A stretch of 63,796 nucleotides of DNA, filler included, from Aduncisulcus paluster (GCA_024181965.1; 18 parts of 18 records of this genome joined end to end with filler, not necessarily neighbours in it), one strand, 5' to 3'. Shown: positions 34,116 to 45,589, counted from the first letter of the whole stretch. Notes: generated from the sequence alone by a model not told the origin. Translations and numbers: made by a program.

Positions 34116-34604
34116 TCAGTCAAAGAACCCAGACATGTAGATATCTCCAAGATCTTTGGGAGTGCACTTGACAGGAGAGAGGGCGAGAAGACCATCCATG
34201 CCTGGACAGTGCTCAGTTCCCTTCACAAGCTTAGGAACATCTTCCTTCGTGTACCCAATGGTGGCCATGGTCTCGGTCACTCCAACACTTTGGTGCCACT
34301 TACGCATACGACGGAAGGCCTCCTCGGCTTCGGCGGGCTCACCGGTCAGACCATCAAGCATGGGCTCAAGCACGGAGGCAAGAACCTTTCCAGCCTTGGG
34401 CCAGACGTGACGGATAACACCGGGTTGGATGAGGGCAAGACCAAGACCATGGGTCAAGTCGGGCACATATGCTGACAATGTGTGCTCGGCAGCATGTGTG
34501 ATGTGCAAGAGACTCTCATCGAAGGCCATGCCTGCAATAGCGGCAGCATAGTGTAACCAATAACGGGCACGAAGGTCCTTGGGATCGGCAAGGGCACGTG
34601 GAAG
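34116..34604 (-). CDS. Iron-containing alcohol dehydrogenase, C-terminal part
   Basis: LPRALADPKDLRARYWLHYAAAIAGMAFDESLLHITHAAEHTLSAYVPDLTHGLGLA contains the Fe-ADH His ligands. Confidence 0.92.
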   Translation of the reverse strand, partial: LPRALADPKDLRARYWLHYAAAIAGMAFDESLLHITHAAEHTLSAYVPDLTHGLGLALIQPGVIRHVWPKAGKVLASVLEPMLDGLTGEPAEAEEAFRRMRKWHQSVGVTETMATIGYTKEDVPKLVKGTEHCPGMDGLLALSPVKCTPKDLGDIYMSGFFD

Positions 34605-34705
34605 GNNNNNNNNNNNNNNNNNNNNNNNNNNNNNNNNNNNNNNNNNNNNTTAATTAATTAANNNNNNNNNNNNNNNNNNNNNNNNNNNNNNNNNNNNNNN
34701 NNNNN

Positions 34706-35542
34706 GATTCATACAATCCATTCAAACTTGCTTCCATTTGTATTTCTCTCATTGAATGTCTTGATGATGTTCAGCTGGGATTTGAAGAGAAAAAGAGGGA
34801 AACATTTGTCCATCGTGATCTCAAACCTGAAAACTTTCTTGTTCGAATTGATCCCAAGACAAATGAATGCAGAATTGTTCTTGGAGACTTAGGTTTGGTC
34901 AAACTGCAAGATTCTGCATCTTTGTCTACCTCAACAATGACATTTACTCAACACTCTATGTCTTCAATGACAAAAAAAGAAAAGAAGAAAGAAGACAAGG
35001 ACTTAATTTGTGGAACTCTCATTTACAATGCCCCAGAAGCTTTGCGAGGAAGACAAGATGCGAAGAGTGATGCTTACTCATTGGGAATGACAATGTATAC
35101 ATTATTCAACTGCTTTCCACCGTTTTTGGGTATTCCTGAATTTCAAATGAAGTTTCGTGAACAAGGTTCCCTTTCAGCTGTACTTCTCCGCTTAATGGAG
35201 GAAGAAAGCTTTTTCCCTGATATCGAATTGTGTCAAATATTTTTGAATTTAAAGGAACAAGGTGGAAAGAAAGTTGCCAAGTGTTTGGCAAAAGTATTCG
35301 AAGGATTGACTAAAATCAACCCCGAAAAGAGAATGTCTGTTCATGAAGCTAGAATAGCAGTTCAAAAAATTAAACCTCTCGTTCCTCGTTTTGGGATGGG
35401 AGTCAAATGTCCATCAATCGGTGAGATTGTAGAGTCCCAGTTGATAAAATATGATGGTTACCCGGGAGATGTCGTTGATCCAGAATTATTAGTTCCAAAA
35501 AAAGGATGGTTTACCAGTATAGTTACCAGCATTTCACTTTGA
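34706..35542 (+). CDS. Ser/Thr protein kinase, 5'-truncated
   Basis: Frame is open from the contig start and contains VHRDLKPENFL, LGDLGL (DLG for DFG), GTLIYNAPE and SDAYSLG. Confidence 0.95.
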   Translation, partial: DSYNPFKLASICISLIECLDDVQLGFEEKKRETFVHRDLKPENFLVRIDPKTNECRIVLGDLGLVKLQDSASLSTSTMTFTQHSMSSMTKKEKKKEDKDLICGTLIYNAPEALRGRQDAKSDAYSLGMTMYTLFNCFPPFLGIPEFQMKFREQGSLSAVLLRLMEEESFFPDIELCQIFLNLKEQGGKKVAKCLAKVFEGLTKINPEKRMSVHEARIAVQKIKPLVPRFGMGVKCPSIGEIVESQLIKYDGYPGDVVDPELLVPKKGWFTSIVTSISL

Positions 35543-36022
35543 AACTTTCAAAATCATTTGAAATGAAGTTCAACTAAATAGGAGTTTTTTTACATCCTTC
35601 TTATAATCCTCAGGCACGACTTCCATCGCTATCTGTAATACAGATTCTGTATCCTTCTTCCGAGAGTCTGGGCCCCAGACACTTCTTTGACAAAGTTTGT
35701 TGTGTGGGGTATTTTTAGCAAGCGTTTCCATTTTCAAGAAATGGTAAAATAATATAATAAATAAATAAAAGTTCGATAATATTTATTAGAATGTTAATAT
35801 ATATACATACTTTGTTTTTGATCGTTGTGATTGTTTCGGGGCTGAAAAAAATAAAACCACGACCAATCAATTTGATTTATTTAGCCAGGACTATTTGTAT
35901 CTGAAAGAAACAAATCCAAGAAGTAAGAATACATATTTGTTTCAGCTCCTTTTATTTTGTGAGATTACTTTTTATCTTTATTACATGGTGGCGCACTTTG
36001 GTCGAGTTTTGATACAAAATGG

Positions 36023-36119
36023 TGTGGTGACCATTCTCAGGGACATTCTAAAAATAGATTGGTTCGCTCGAGATCTGTTTATTAATAAATTGGACCGCAT
36101 TATAGTTAGTTTGGCCACA
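36023..36119 (+). mobile_element. Putative 5' LTR of element B (97 bp)
   Basis: Reads TGTGGTGACCAT...GGCCACA, with TGTGG/CCACA inverted ends. It contains CTAAAAATAG at 36048-36057. Confidence 0.65.
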
Positions 36120-36132
36120 TTTTGATCAAAAT
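36119..36132. promoter_or_regulatory. 14-bp palindrome ATTTTGATCAAAAT at the PBS position, element B
   Basis: Identical to element A although the surrounding sequence differs. Confidence 0.7.
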
Positions 36133-36184
36133 CCTATCAAACTAAAGTTTATTGTATAATTGACGCCAAAATTTTTCTGTTAAA

Positions 36185-36495
36185 ATGGTACAAACAAGAA
36201 GCCAATTGAAAAACGCCAATATTGATAATAATGATGAAGAATTTGAAATTGTTGGTGATTTACAAACTGAACGCCATGATAGTGATGCCAGTCATGGTGA
36301 AAATGCCAAAGAATCTGATGAAAAGGAAAAATCCGATTTATTGTCCGATGATGTAATTTCAAAGGAAAAAGATGATTCTAAGGCCATAATTTCTTCTAAG
36401 AGTGATGCTGAACGCCATGTTTTTACTGATAAAACACCAGCTCAAGTTCGTAGTGAAATGAAGTCAAGTTTCTTGACAAGCCAAGTACGCCACTC
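36185..36495 (+). CDS. Putative gag N-terminus of element B, truncated
   Basis: Starts MVQTRSQ. An N-terminal TRS motif is common in Ty3/Gypsy Gag. The frame is open to the contig end. Confidence 0.55.
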
Positions 36496-36595
36496 NNNNN
36501 NNNNNNNNNNNNNNNNNNNNNNNNNNNNNNNNNNNNNNNTTAATTAATTAANNNNNNNNNNNNNNNNNNNNNNNNNNNNNNNNNNNNNNNNNNNN

Positions 36596-38197
36596 GCAGG
36601 ACGAAACTTTGAGTACTTATCCACGAACTTATCAACCATTACCGTCATGAGAAGCTGCAAAGAACCAGTGAACCAAGAACGATGTGGCTTATTCTCCTGA
36701 AGAGAATGATATATAGAAGTGATGATCGTAGTTTCATTTTTAACACTACGAACAGTTTCATAGGAGGAAGAATAATATTTCCTATCAACAGCCGCTTTCG
36801 ATATTCTTTCAGTGATTTGTGTTCTTCGAATTTCTAATGCTCGTTGTATCCTCCTTTGTTTAATGAATGTCCAAATGCAAGTGAATGGATATACAAAAAG
36901 GATATCCAGCACCCAGAGAAGAATTAGAAATGGAAGTAAAGCAACAGCAATAGGATGGGGAGGGAGAACACATGCACTTAATGTCACAGCCGGTAATCTC
37001 TCACGAATAACAAATGGAACTTCGTGTTGTGGATCAGTCCAAGATTCTTTACATTGGATTCCTTGTTGTTCAACATTATTATCATTTGTGTTATTGGATG
37101 ATAATGGACTGTTTCGATGAGCCATAACATCCTCTCGAGAGGGTGAATGAATACTATTTCGGGGTTCTGAGTGAGTGATTCCATTTGAAGGACTCCGAGA
37201 AGGATAAGAACTTTGATGAGGAACATGAATTCCCATTTCAACCTCTGGTTGTCTCCAATGACTATCGGCACTACTCGGAACACCGGGAGTTCGTTGTTGT
37301 AGAAACCTAACGGTACGCTGAAGTCCAAGATTTGCTTCCCGGAATCGTTTTTCTTCCCCTCGATGTGATGAAGTGGTCGAGAGTCTTGATAATGTTTTCT
37401 TTTGGGTTGAGCAACTCTCTTCGTTGTCCATGTTATCTTGTTCGGGTGGGATACATACACAATCATACCCAGTGAAATTCCCTTCTCGTGGCTGAACATT
37501 CCACACACAAGAGCAAAGAGAGATCAATGATCGAATGGGTGAAGATGATAGAAGAAAAGTACGAAGATGATCCAAAAACATCCCATGTGAATCTGACAAT
37601 GCGGCTGGGAAAGAATCTTCTTTGGGTTTTATACGATCAGAATTGCGAAGGTCACCAGAGATACCTTCTCGAAATTCAGCAGAAAATGGCTGTTGAAGAA
37701 CTGAATGTGAGGAATGGCTATGAGAAGGGTATACTTCATGTGTGATGGATTGCTTGCCCTTCGAACTAATACTCAATTGGTCTGAACCCAACGAAGATCT
37801 TTTCAGCATGTTAAGCTGTCTTGGGAAAGTATTATTTCTTGGATGAGGGATTGAAGCATTCTTCCATCTCCATTCCCATTCTTTTTCACCCATTCCATAC
37901 TTTGTTCTCATCAATTTCCTCCATTTTTCGATCCTTGGACCAACCTCTGTGTCTGTGTGAATATGCATCACGATTGGAGAGTGGGAACATTGCATGGATA
38001 TTGAGGGCTTTGTAGGACAAAATGAACAGTGAGGGGATGAAAATGAGTGTGACAATGGGGGGGAGAGAGGATTACAATGGCATGAATGCAAAGAATGAGT
38101 TGGAACCATCCACTTTTCTTCAATCAACCTTTCAATGTCAGACGAAGAAGACTCTGGAGAGGAAGAATAAGAAGAATTACTCGACGATAATGAATCC
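36596..38197 (-). CDS. Hypothetical protein with a hydrophobic segment, internal fragment
   Basis: More than 500 open codons and a TM-like segment IAVALLPFLILLWVLDILFVYPF. Confidence 0.7.
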
Positions 38198-38299
38198 NNN
38201 NNNNNNNNNNNNNNNNNNNNNNNNNNNNNNNNNNNNNNNNNTTAATTAATTAANNNNNNNNNNNNNNNNNNNNNNNNNNNNNNNNNNNNNNNNNNNNTA

Positions 38300-40188
38300 A
38301 CTCTTTCTCACCCTTCTCAAATGTCTCATCCGTTATTGTTATCATCTCTACATGCTCCTTTCGCCAATTTATTGTATGTATCAAAACAAGAGTACAGTGG
38401 GTCGACAGTTGGTCCGTCAGTCATATCAACGGTTACGGTTAATGAAGTGATTCCAAGGCCCAATATTTCCACTCCCTTGAGCATTCCCCTTGTTTTGCCC
38501 ATTTATTCTTCGTCTTTGCCGCGTTCTGTTCTTGCTGTCGAAGTCCATTTTATATGCGCCCTCTCTATGTTTAACTTGGGTGATGAAGCTTCAGCTCACA
38601 GACATTTAAACATGCTTTTAATTCTCAATTCGAGCTGTATCCGTGGTCTATATCTTCGTGGTGTCATCAGACTACGTCTAGGCTTGGTTGAGAAAGCCAT
38701 GAGTGATTTTGGCATGTGTATTGAGAGGACTAGGGAAGCAATCGGGAAAGAAACGAGAGAAAAAAGGGAGGAAAAGGAAAGAGAAACGATGGAAAGGCTT
38801 GCTTCTCAAGACGAAGAGGAAGAGGAAGACGAAGAGAGAGAAGAGAAAGAAGAGAAGATTCCGGTATTAACTCGTCCAAAAACGATGGGAAGCATAACCA
38901 TCTCTTCTTCTTCGTCTTCTAACCCATTACGACCATCAAGGCTTCGCAAAACCTCATCTTCTCGATTTACATCCTTCATTGCCAAATCAGAGATTGAAAA
39001 AGATAAAGAGAAGAGAAGAGAAGCGAGGAAAAAAGAACTTAAGGGACATGTCAGCTCAGAAACTCATCCTCTGTTTGTGTCTATGCTTTCCCGATCAATG
39101 TGTGGACTTGGAAAGTGTTGCGTGTGTGTTTCTGATTTCTCTTCAGCTCTTCTCCATTTCCAATCGTCCTTGGAGCTCTGTCCATTCTCTGTCGATTCTT
39201 TAGCAATGTATTGGTGTATGTTATCTATCCTCGGGGTGACTCAAAGGCACTGTTCATTTAGCTCGATTGATAGAGTATGGAGGTCTCTATGGACTGAAGA
39301 ATGGGGAGGAAGAGGTGGAGAGCAGGATATTCTTGTCGATGCTGCTCAAGAAGATGGTGCCATAGCTCAAGAAGATGGATTGACCACTAAGACCAAGACA
39401 TTTAATCCTACGCAGGAATCTGGACTTAATGAGGATGATATTGAGCAATTTGAAAGATTATTGGCCAAGATGGACTTTCAGCATAACGATGAGAATATAT
39501 GTTCATCTTATCCTTTCTCTCTTCTTCCTTACATATCTGCCAAACACCCTCCGCAGTATCTTCTTCTTCTTCTCCTCATGGCTTCAATATCTATAAGGGG
39601 GGGTAAATACGAGGTTGGAATGCAATATTATGACCGATGTTTATCTCTATGCGCTGGTATCGAGAGAGGAATAAGGGATTTAACCGCATCTTTTGTCGAG
39701 ATGAGAGAGAATAGGAAAAAGAACAAGAAAAAAAATAAGACAGATCCGTCATTTGTGTTTTTTTCGACTGATGAGATCGTGAAACATTTGAGTATGTTAT
39801 CTTCTCTTTCTGTTGTCATTCAATACATTTCAACAGCCTGTATATTCGATTTGGGCGTTTGTTTGTGCCATATGGGAGAGTTTGCTAAGAGTTGGGATTT
39901 GTTATGTTCCATCAATATTTCAACACTTGAAGAATCTTCGTCTCTCTCTTCTCTCTCTTCAATGTTTGATTTTCCTCCCCCTCATTCACAAACCCATGCT
40001 AATGTCCACTCTTTATGCTTCACTTTTCCTGTGTTTCCTGCCCATTTGTTTCCTTTGTTTGTCCACACTGTTGCTGCTGCCCATTCCTTGTCAGTGTGTG
40101 AAGAAGAGAGGCAAATATGTCCATACGTACAAACTGAATCATGCGGAATGGGTCTTCTTGTTGCTGATGTCATTCCTTCCTCTTCTTC
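38300..40188 (+). CDS. TPR-repeat protein, internal fragment
   Basis: TPR-like segments GLYLRGVIRLRLGLVEKAMSDFGMCI, LGKCCVCVSDFSSALLHFQSSLELCP and FDLGVCLCHMGEFAKSW. Confidence 0.8.
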
Positions 40189-40588
40189 NNNNNNNNNNNN
40201 NNNNNNNNNNNNNNNNNNNNNNNNNNNNNNNNTTAATTAATTAANNNNNNNNNNNNNNNNNNNNNNNNNNNNNNNNNNNNNNNNNNNNTCAATCATATAT
40301 TTATTTGTCAAGCATTTCTATAAAACTCCTTCACTTCTTCAATAATATAGGCGTCACAACCAATAAATCAAAAAGAATAAATGTTATCTTTCATATTTAA
40401 AGAATAAATCAAACTTAATAAACAAAAGAAAACGCTCAGATATCTTCAAAAAACATGATGCATCGCATATTGTAAGATAAGTGAGTTCGAATAGAATATG
40501 AGTAAGGGAGAGCAAACAAATGAAGTTGCTGGCTTCTCTCACGAATTGTTCTTCATTGTCTGTGATAATTTATCACCATATAATAGAT

Positions 40589-42280
40589 TTATTCTATATC
40601 ATGGTGTACTTTCCTCTTTCTCTTCCTCTTTCTTTTCTTCTTTTCCCCAAGTTCTGGAGATTCCATGGGCTCATCATCAGGAGCTGTTCTACGTTTTCCA
40701 ACCTCTTCTTCACCGTGGATATCCTCAAAAATAACTCCCTTCCTATCTTCCTCTTTTCCACTATGTTCCACAAGAGATGCAAGCTTTGGTTGTTCATCCT
40801 CAACCAGCTTTGGTTGTTCATCCTCAACACTCACATCTTGCTCCTTCTGAGTCGGGACATCCTTCTTGGACTTCTTCTTCTTTTTAATGCTCAAAGGATT
40901 GACTCCTCTCCTCTCTTTCTTGCGCATACTATGCTCAATCTCGATCATTCTAGACTCACGGTCAGCCAATTCCTGTTCCAAACGTTCGAGGGTGGAAATA
41001 GGAGGGCGTTCAAGGCTTGGAAGTGTGCGAAGCCCAATAATTCTCTCCTTTTCCTCAGTAATTTCTTTTCTCCACATAATACCAAATAAATCAGCCTTTG
41101 ATTTTGGTTTTTTCCCTTTCTTTTCACCATGATCTTTTGAAGTCGATTTCTTTTTGCTCTCACTCTCATTCTTTCTATTTTTATCCTTTTCTGAGAAAGA
41201 TTCAGATCTTTCCTCGTCCTTCTCCGTATCTTCTTCATCCTCTTCTCCTTTCTCTTCAACGATCTCAAGTCCAGTGACACCCCCGCTCTGCTTCTTTATA
41301 TCTTTCTTATGCTTTAGTTGCTGCTTCTCCTCTTCTTGCTCCGTTCTCTTATTCTTCTCCATCTCTTCCCTCGTCAGAGGCTTCATCAAGTGAATAATGT
41401 TATTGTGATTGATTAAATGGAGGATTGGAACGTCAATATAGTTGGCTCGTATTTTTTTGATCATCACAGGATCAACAGTCGCTACAATATATTTATGCTT
41501 GTACACTTCAGCTTGTTTGTGATGCCGTCTTCTGTCTAGAATCACCTGTTTTGATCGAAGCTCTTCAGCCAGCGTGTCAGCTTGGGGTTGGAGTTCATCA
41601 AGCTGCATCTGACACTCATCATCCTTCTCTTTTAAATCTTTGAGAGTCTTCAAATATGCTCTCTTTGTCCGCTGATGCTTCTTGGGTCCTCTGTTGGCCA
41701 TATACTCATCCACAGCGGATGGCATCACATGACCACCAAAGAGAGGGGTCTCACGGACCAATTTACGCATTTCTGCAATCTTAACCTTCTCGACGTCACT
41801 CATTTTCTTCCAATCTTCCTCCTTCACTCTGTCAACCTCCTTTTTAAGAGCTACATTATCGGTAGCAAATTGCTTTCTCATATTCTTCCGTATTTTTTTA
41901 ATGTGACGCATCTTTGAAGTCGTTTCTTTTAATTTCAACCGTTGAGATTCAAGGGATTTTTCATGTTTCTCGATAACAGGATCCTTCCCTTCAATTAAGG
42001 AACAGACACACTGATTGGGTGAAACACCACTTTCATGGGAACATTTGATCACTTCAATATCACTTTTCTCAATATATTCGACAACTGGCTTTAAATGAGT
42101 CAAAGATTTCAATTCACGCATAACACATGTTGTAATGATAATATGAATTTTTGGTCTTTTATCATCTTTAGTTTCAAACATTTTGGATAGGAATCTTGAG
42201 AGACCTCCCTTATATTGCAATTTCTGACAGTGGGAAAGAAAAGTCCCGTCGGCTTCGTAAAAAAAAGAACAATCGGACAT
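40589..42280 (-). CDS. UTP23: rRNA-processing PIN-domain protein Utp23
   Basis: ADGTFL, ITTCVMREL, KCSH...CVCSLI, KYIVATVD...VPIL and a C-terminal NPLSIKKKKK. Confidence 0.82.
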   Translation of the reverse strand: MSDCSFFYEADGTFLSHCQKLQYKGGLSRFLSKMFETKDDKRPKIHIIITTCVMRELKSLTHLKPVVEYIEKSDIEVIKCSHESGVSPNQCVCSLIEGKDPVIEKHEKSLESQRLKLKETTSKMRHIKKIRKNMRKQFATDNVALKKEVDRVKEEDWKKMSDVEKVKIAEMRKLVRETPLFGGHVMPSAVDEYMANRGPKKHQRTKRAYLKTLKDLKEKDDECQMQLDELQPQADTLAEELRSKQVILDRRRHHKQAEVYKHKYIVATVDPVMIKKIRANYIDVPILHLINHNNIIHLMKPLTREEMEKNKRTEQEEEKQQLKHKKDIKKQSGGVTGLEIVEEKGEEDEEDTEKDEERSESFSEKDKNRKNESESKKKSTSKDHGEKKGKKPKSKADLFGIMWRKEITEEKERIIGLRTLPSLERPPISTLERLEQELADRESRMIEIEHSMRKKERRGVNPLSIKKKKKSKKDVPTQKEQDVSVEDEQPKLVEDEQPKLASLVEHSGKEEDRKGVIFEDIHGEEEVGKRRTAPDDEPMESPELGEKKKRKRKRKRKVHHDIE

Positions 42281-42655
42281 TTATCGTCAAAAATCGAATA
42301 GATGATTTGGATTATATTAAATGGATTGAATAATAATAAATAATGATTTAAATTCGAGTGAAAAATAATGATTGGATGATTCTCATGTGAAACATACCAA
42401 ATACGTAATATGGAGATGAAAGACCATGCTCCATATGGTATTCTTTAAGAGCAACTTTGATTTTCCTGTCCTGTTTCCTTCCCATGCTATCAATAGAATA
42501 CAAATATAGTTAATGAATCTTCCTTGCTTTTCTCACGCATTTTCAATTGATAATATTGTTATTCAATCTATGTTTCTATTGAAAATGAAATTGTATATTC
42601 TCTTAATTATTGATGCTTCTGGGGAACTATTTTGCGTTTTTTCGACACAACCCAA

Positions 42656-43258
42656 ATGGATAAACCACTTGAAATCAATTTATCTTCTGCATCAGACGTT
42701 AAAGCGTATGTTGTATATATTCAATACTATATTTAAATCCTCTTTTCTCACGCTTATTTCATTTTGTCAATTGTCAGCTTTCGAATTCCTCCTGTGGAAG
42801 AAGGAGAAGGATTTTATTGTTCATCTTGGCGTAAAGAAGATTGTCTATTTTATGGTACGCAAAACATGGTTGACCAAGAAGGAAAATATCTGCTTTGTAA
42901 ACTATCTAAATCCGATGGATCTCTCTTCTCTTCTTTCCCCATTTTATCACCAAGTCACATAGAAAAAGCAATTGATTCTTCAAGATACTTTAGAGTTACC
43001 CTTGAAAATCCAGAGACCGGCCAAACAGCATTTTTAGGTCTTGGTTTTCATAGAAGGGAAGATTCATTTGATTTTAACATGACCGTCCAAGATTATTTTA
43101 AAAGGAAGTCGAGGAAAGTTGAAGAGGTCAAAGAAGAAGATTTGGGTCTTGAAATGGGTGATGGGAAAATCCATGTCAGTTTGAAAGGTATAAGAGAATC
43201 TAAAAAGACCAAAAAGGAGAAAAAGAAGGTTACTTCATTCTTTGCTCCCCCAAAATAA
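42656..43258 (+). CDS. NECAP: NECAP (adaptin ear-binding coat-associated protein). Exons 42656-42705 and 42778-43258.
   Basis: The spliced product reads MDKPLEINLSSASDVKAFRIPP... and contains IDSSRYF and AFLGLGFHRREDSFDFN. Confidence 0.9.
42706..42777 (+). other. Spliceosomal intron, 72 nt
   Basis: GTATGT...GTCAG. It contains an in-frame TAA and its removal joins the ATG to the NECAP frame. Confidence 0.85.
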
Positions 43259-43368
43259 ATATTATCCCCCTTCTAATAATCCTTTGAAAATCAACATTTT
43301 TTTCGATCGAGTATTTTGGCTATTTGGAGCAACACCATTTTATTTTTCTTTAATATTTAGCTATTATT

Positions 43369-44415
43369 ATGCCTAAAGGTGTTGTTTTAACAATTCAATC
43401 TCATGTTGTTCGTGGAAATGTTGGAAATAGAGTTGCTGCTTTTGTTTTGCAAATTCTTGGATATGAAGCTCTAATTGTAAATTCAGTTTCATTTTCAAAT
43501 CACACAGGTTATAAAAATAAGTGGACAGGGTCCATATCATCCGGAGAAGAGCTGAAACATTTGATTGAAGGCTTGGAAAAAAATAATCTTCTATATCAAA
43601 TTACCCACGTTTTGACAGGTTATATTGGTTCTACATCATTTTTACATACTATATTATGGACTTTAGAAAAGATAAAGAAGTATTCTCCATCAGTGTCTTA
43701 CGTGTGCGATCCTGTCATGGGTGATGGAGATTCTTTCTATGTTCCACCTTCTCTTGCCCGTATTTATGCCGAAGAGGTTATTCCTGCATCTTCTGTCATC
43801 CTCCCTAATTTATTTGAGCTCCGTCATTTGTGTCCAGAACCTCTCCAATCCCCTGAAAAGTTACGGGATATTTTGAAATGTTGCGAGTATCTCCATTCAA
43901 AAGGTCCCAATCATATTGTTTGTACATCTGCACTTGTTGAAGGGAAAGATCTTGATTCGAAAATATTATCAACATCAGGAGTATCACCATCCCACAATCT
44001 TCATCTAATCGCATCTTTGTGTTCCGGCAAACTCATTTTTATAATGGAAATACCCCTTTTCCCCCTTCCATTCACAGGAAGTGGAGATCTAATGGCAAGT
44101 GCTTTCTTGGTACGATTGGATGAGTGCGAAAAAAGTATCGCAAAAGAAAAAAAGATGCATAAAAGAGATAAACATATCGAGACCGAGGAAGTTACGGATG
44201 AATTGTCCCCATGGAGCATTGAATTATATCAAAAATCTCTTGAATTGGCTGTCAATTCTGTTTTCTTAACCTTAAAAAGGACTTTCGATGAATTTAAAAG
44301 TGGTAAAATACGCATTGGTTGTATTGACGCCCCTGAATTATGCTTAGTAGATAGTAAGAAAGACATTGAATCTCCTGATTTGGTTGTAAAAGCAGTCCGC
44401 CTAATTCCAAAGTAA
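43369..44415 (+). CDS. PDXK: Pyridoxal kinase
   Basis: IQSHVVRGNVGN, SNHTGY, LTGYIG, CDPVMGD, PNLFE, FTGSGD. Confidence 0.96.
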   Translation: MPKGVVLTIQSHVVRGNVGNRVAAFVLQILGYEALIVNSVSFSNHTGYKNKWTGSISSGEELKHLIEGLEKNNLLYQITHVLTGYIGSTSFLHTILWTLEKIKKYSPSVSYVCDPVMGDGDSFYVPPSLARIYAEEVIPASSVILPNLFELRHLCPEPLQSPEKLRDILKCCEYLHSKGPNHIVCTSALVEGKDLDSKILSTSGVSPSHNLHLIASLCSGKLIFIMEIPLFPLPFTGSGDLMASAFLVRLDECEKSIAKEKKMHKRDKHIETEEVTDELSPWSIELYQKSLELAVNSVFLTLKRTFDEFKSGKIRIGCIDAPELCLVDSKKDIESPDLVVKAVRLIPK

Positions 44416-44784
44416 TATGTTTACTAATTTTGACAAAACAAAGTAGACTAGTATTGTGAATACCAAAATCAATAAAGTTTATATTTAAAATAATTCTTTN
44501 NNNNNNNNNNNNNNNNNNNAGTGGTAAAATACGCATTGGTTGTATTGACGCCCCTGAATTATGCTTAGTAGATAGTAAGAAAGACATTGAATCTCCTGAT
44601 TTGGTTGTAAAAGCAGTCCGCCTAATTCCAAAGTAATATGTTTACTAATTTTGACAAAACAAAGTAGACTAGTATTGTGAATACCAAAATCAATAAAGTT
44701 TATATTTAAAATAATTCTTTGTCATCGGTATCCGAAGGAAAAAGCATTCAGATCCGACTAGACGATTAATTCTATGAAAATATT

Positions 44785-45137
44785 TTAAAATCCACCATAT
44801 TGATAGGTAACAACACTAATAACATCTTGATCCTTTAAATGAAGGTCTTGAGCGGTTCTTGTCTCATCAATACGCTCTCCATCGAAAATGAAACGAACAG
44901 AATCATGAGGGACACCACTTCTCTGGCAATAAGCATTAAAAAGTTTCTGAAAGGGGGCTTGAGGAGAAATTCTAAAATGCTAAAAACGAAAATGCCCAGT
45001 CATTTCATCAGACGAAAATGTTGGTATAAACACAAATACATCAAGAGAAAACAAAAGAAAATACGATTACATACGGAGGATTGACCTTCAGAATTTCTAA
45101 GAATAAGATGGATTTTTTCAGGACGTGCTTCACTCAT
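44785..45137 (-). CDS. SUMO: SUMO, 85 aa. Exons 45137-45075 and 44979-44785.
   Basis: Spliced translation: MSEARPEKIHLILRNSEGQSSHFRISPQAPFQKLFNAYCQRSGVPHDSVRFIFDGERIDETRTAQDLHLKDQDVISVVTYQYGGF. Confidence 0.92.
44980..45074 (-). other. Spliceosomal intron, 95 nt
   Basis: GTATGT...TTTTAG, phase 0. Its removal yields an intact SUMO. Confidence 0.88.
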
Positions 45138-45589
45138 TGATATTGAGAACAAAATCAATTTTAAAATAACACTTGTGGACTCAACTTATTCGTGTCGAAA
45201 GAAAATTATAACTTGGTCAATTCTATTTCAACCATAAAATAGTAAATTGCAAAAATAACTTTTACAATGGATAAGAGGACAGAATAGCTGGTATATGAAA
45301 TGACAGCCTTTCTCACTCTATTTATAAAATAAATCAATTTTCAATATATGCACACTCTTAATAATTAATGAGCCATTCAAATTAATGCAACCAAATTATA
45401 TTATTATGCTCGAATCAAGAAATAACTGTATTATGGGAAATGAAATGATTAACATAATTTGAGAAATCAAATAAATGATATCTTACTATTTCAAATTCAT
45501 TGAATATATTTATTTTGTAGACAGAGCCTCAATACGCAATCCGACGTCGGAAAAGGAAAAGTTTCTCTTTTGAAACGCATAAGTCAAAA

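Noticed and set aside
35638..35695. Three adjacent short palindromes (ATACAGATTCTGTAT, GTCTGGGCCCCAGAC, CTTTGACAAAG) as a structured RNA
   Set aside because: One-base loops cannot form good hairpins, there is no second copy, and a 53-codon minus-strand ORF overlaps them.
36007..36019. TTTTGATACAAAA just upstream of LTR B as a second palindromic site
   Set aside because: It is imperfect, is not preceded by CA, and has no counterpart in A or C.
44839..45084. 81-aa plus-strand ORF, and the many other short antisense ORFs in the track
   Set aside because: They are shadows of real genes on the other strand or frame, in this case SUMO.
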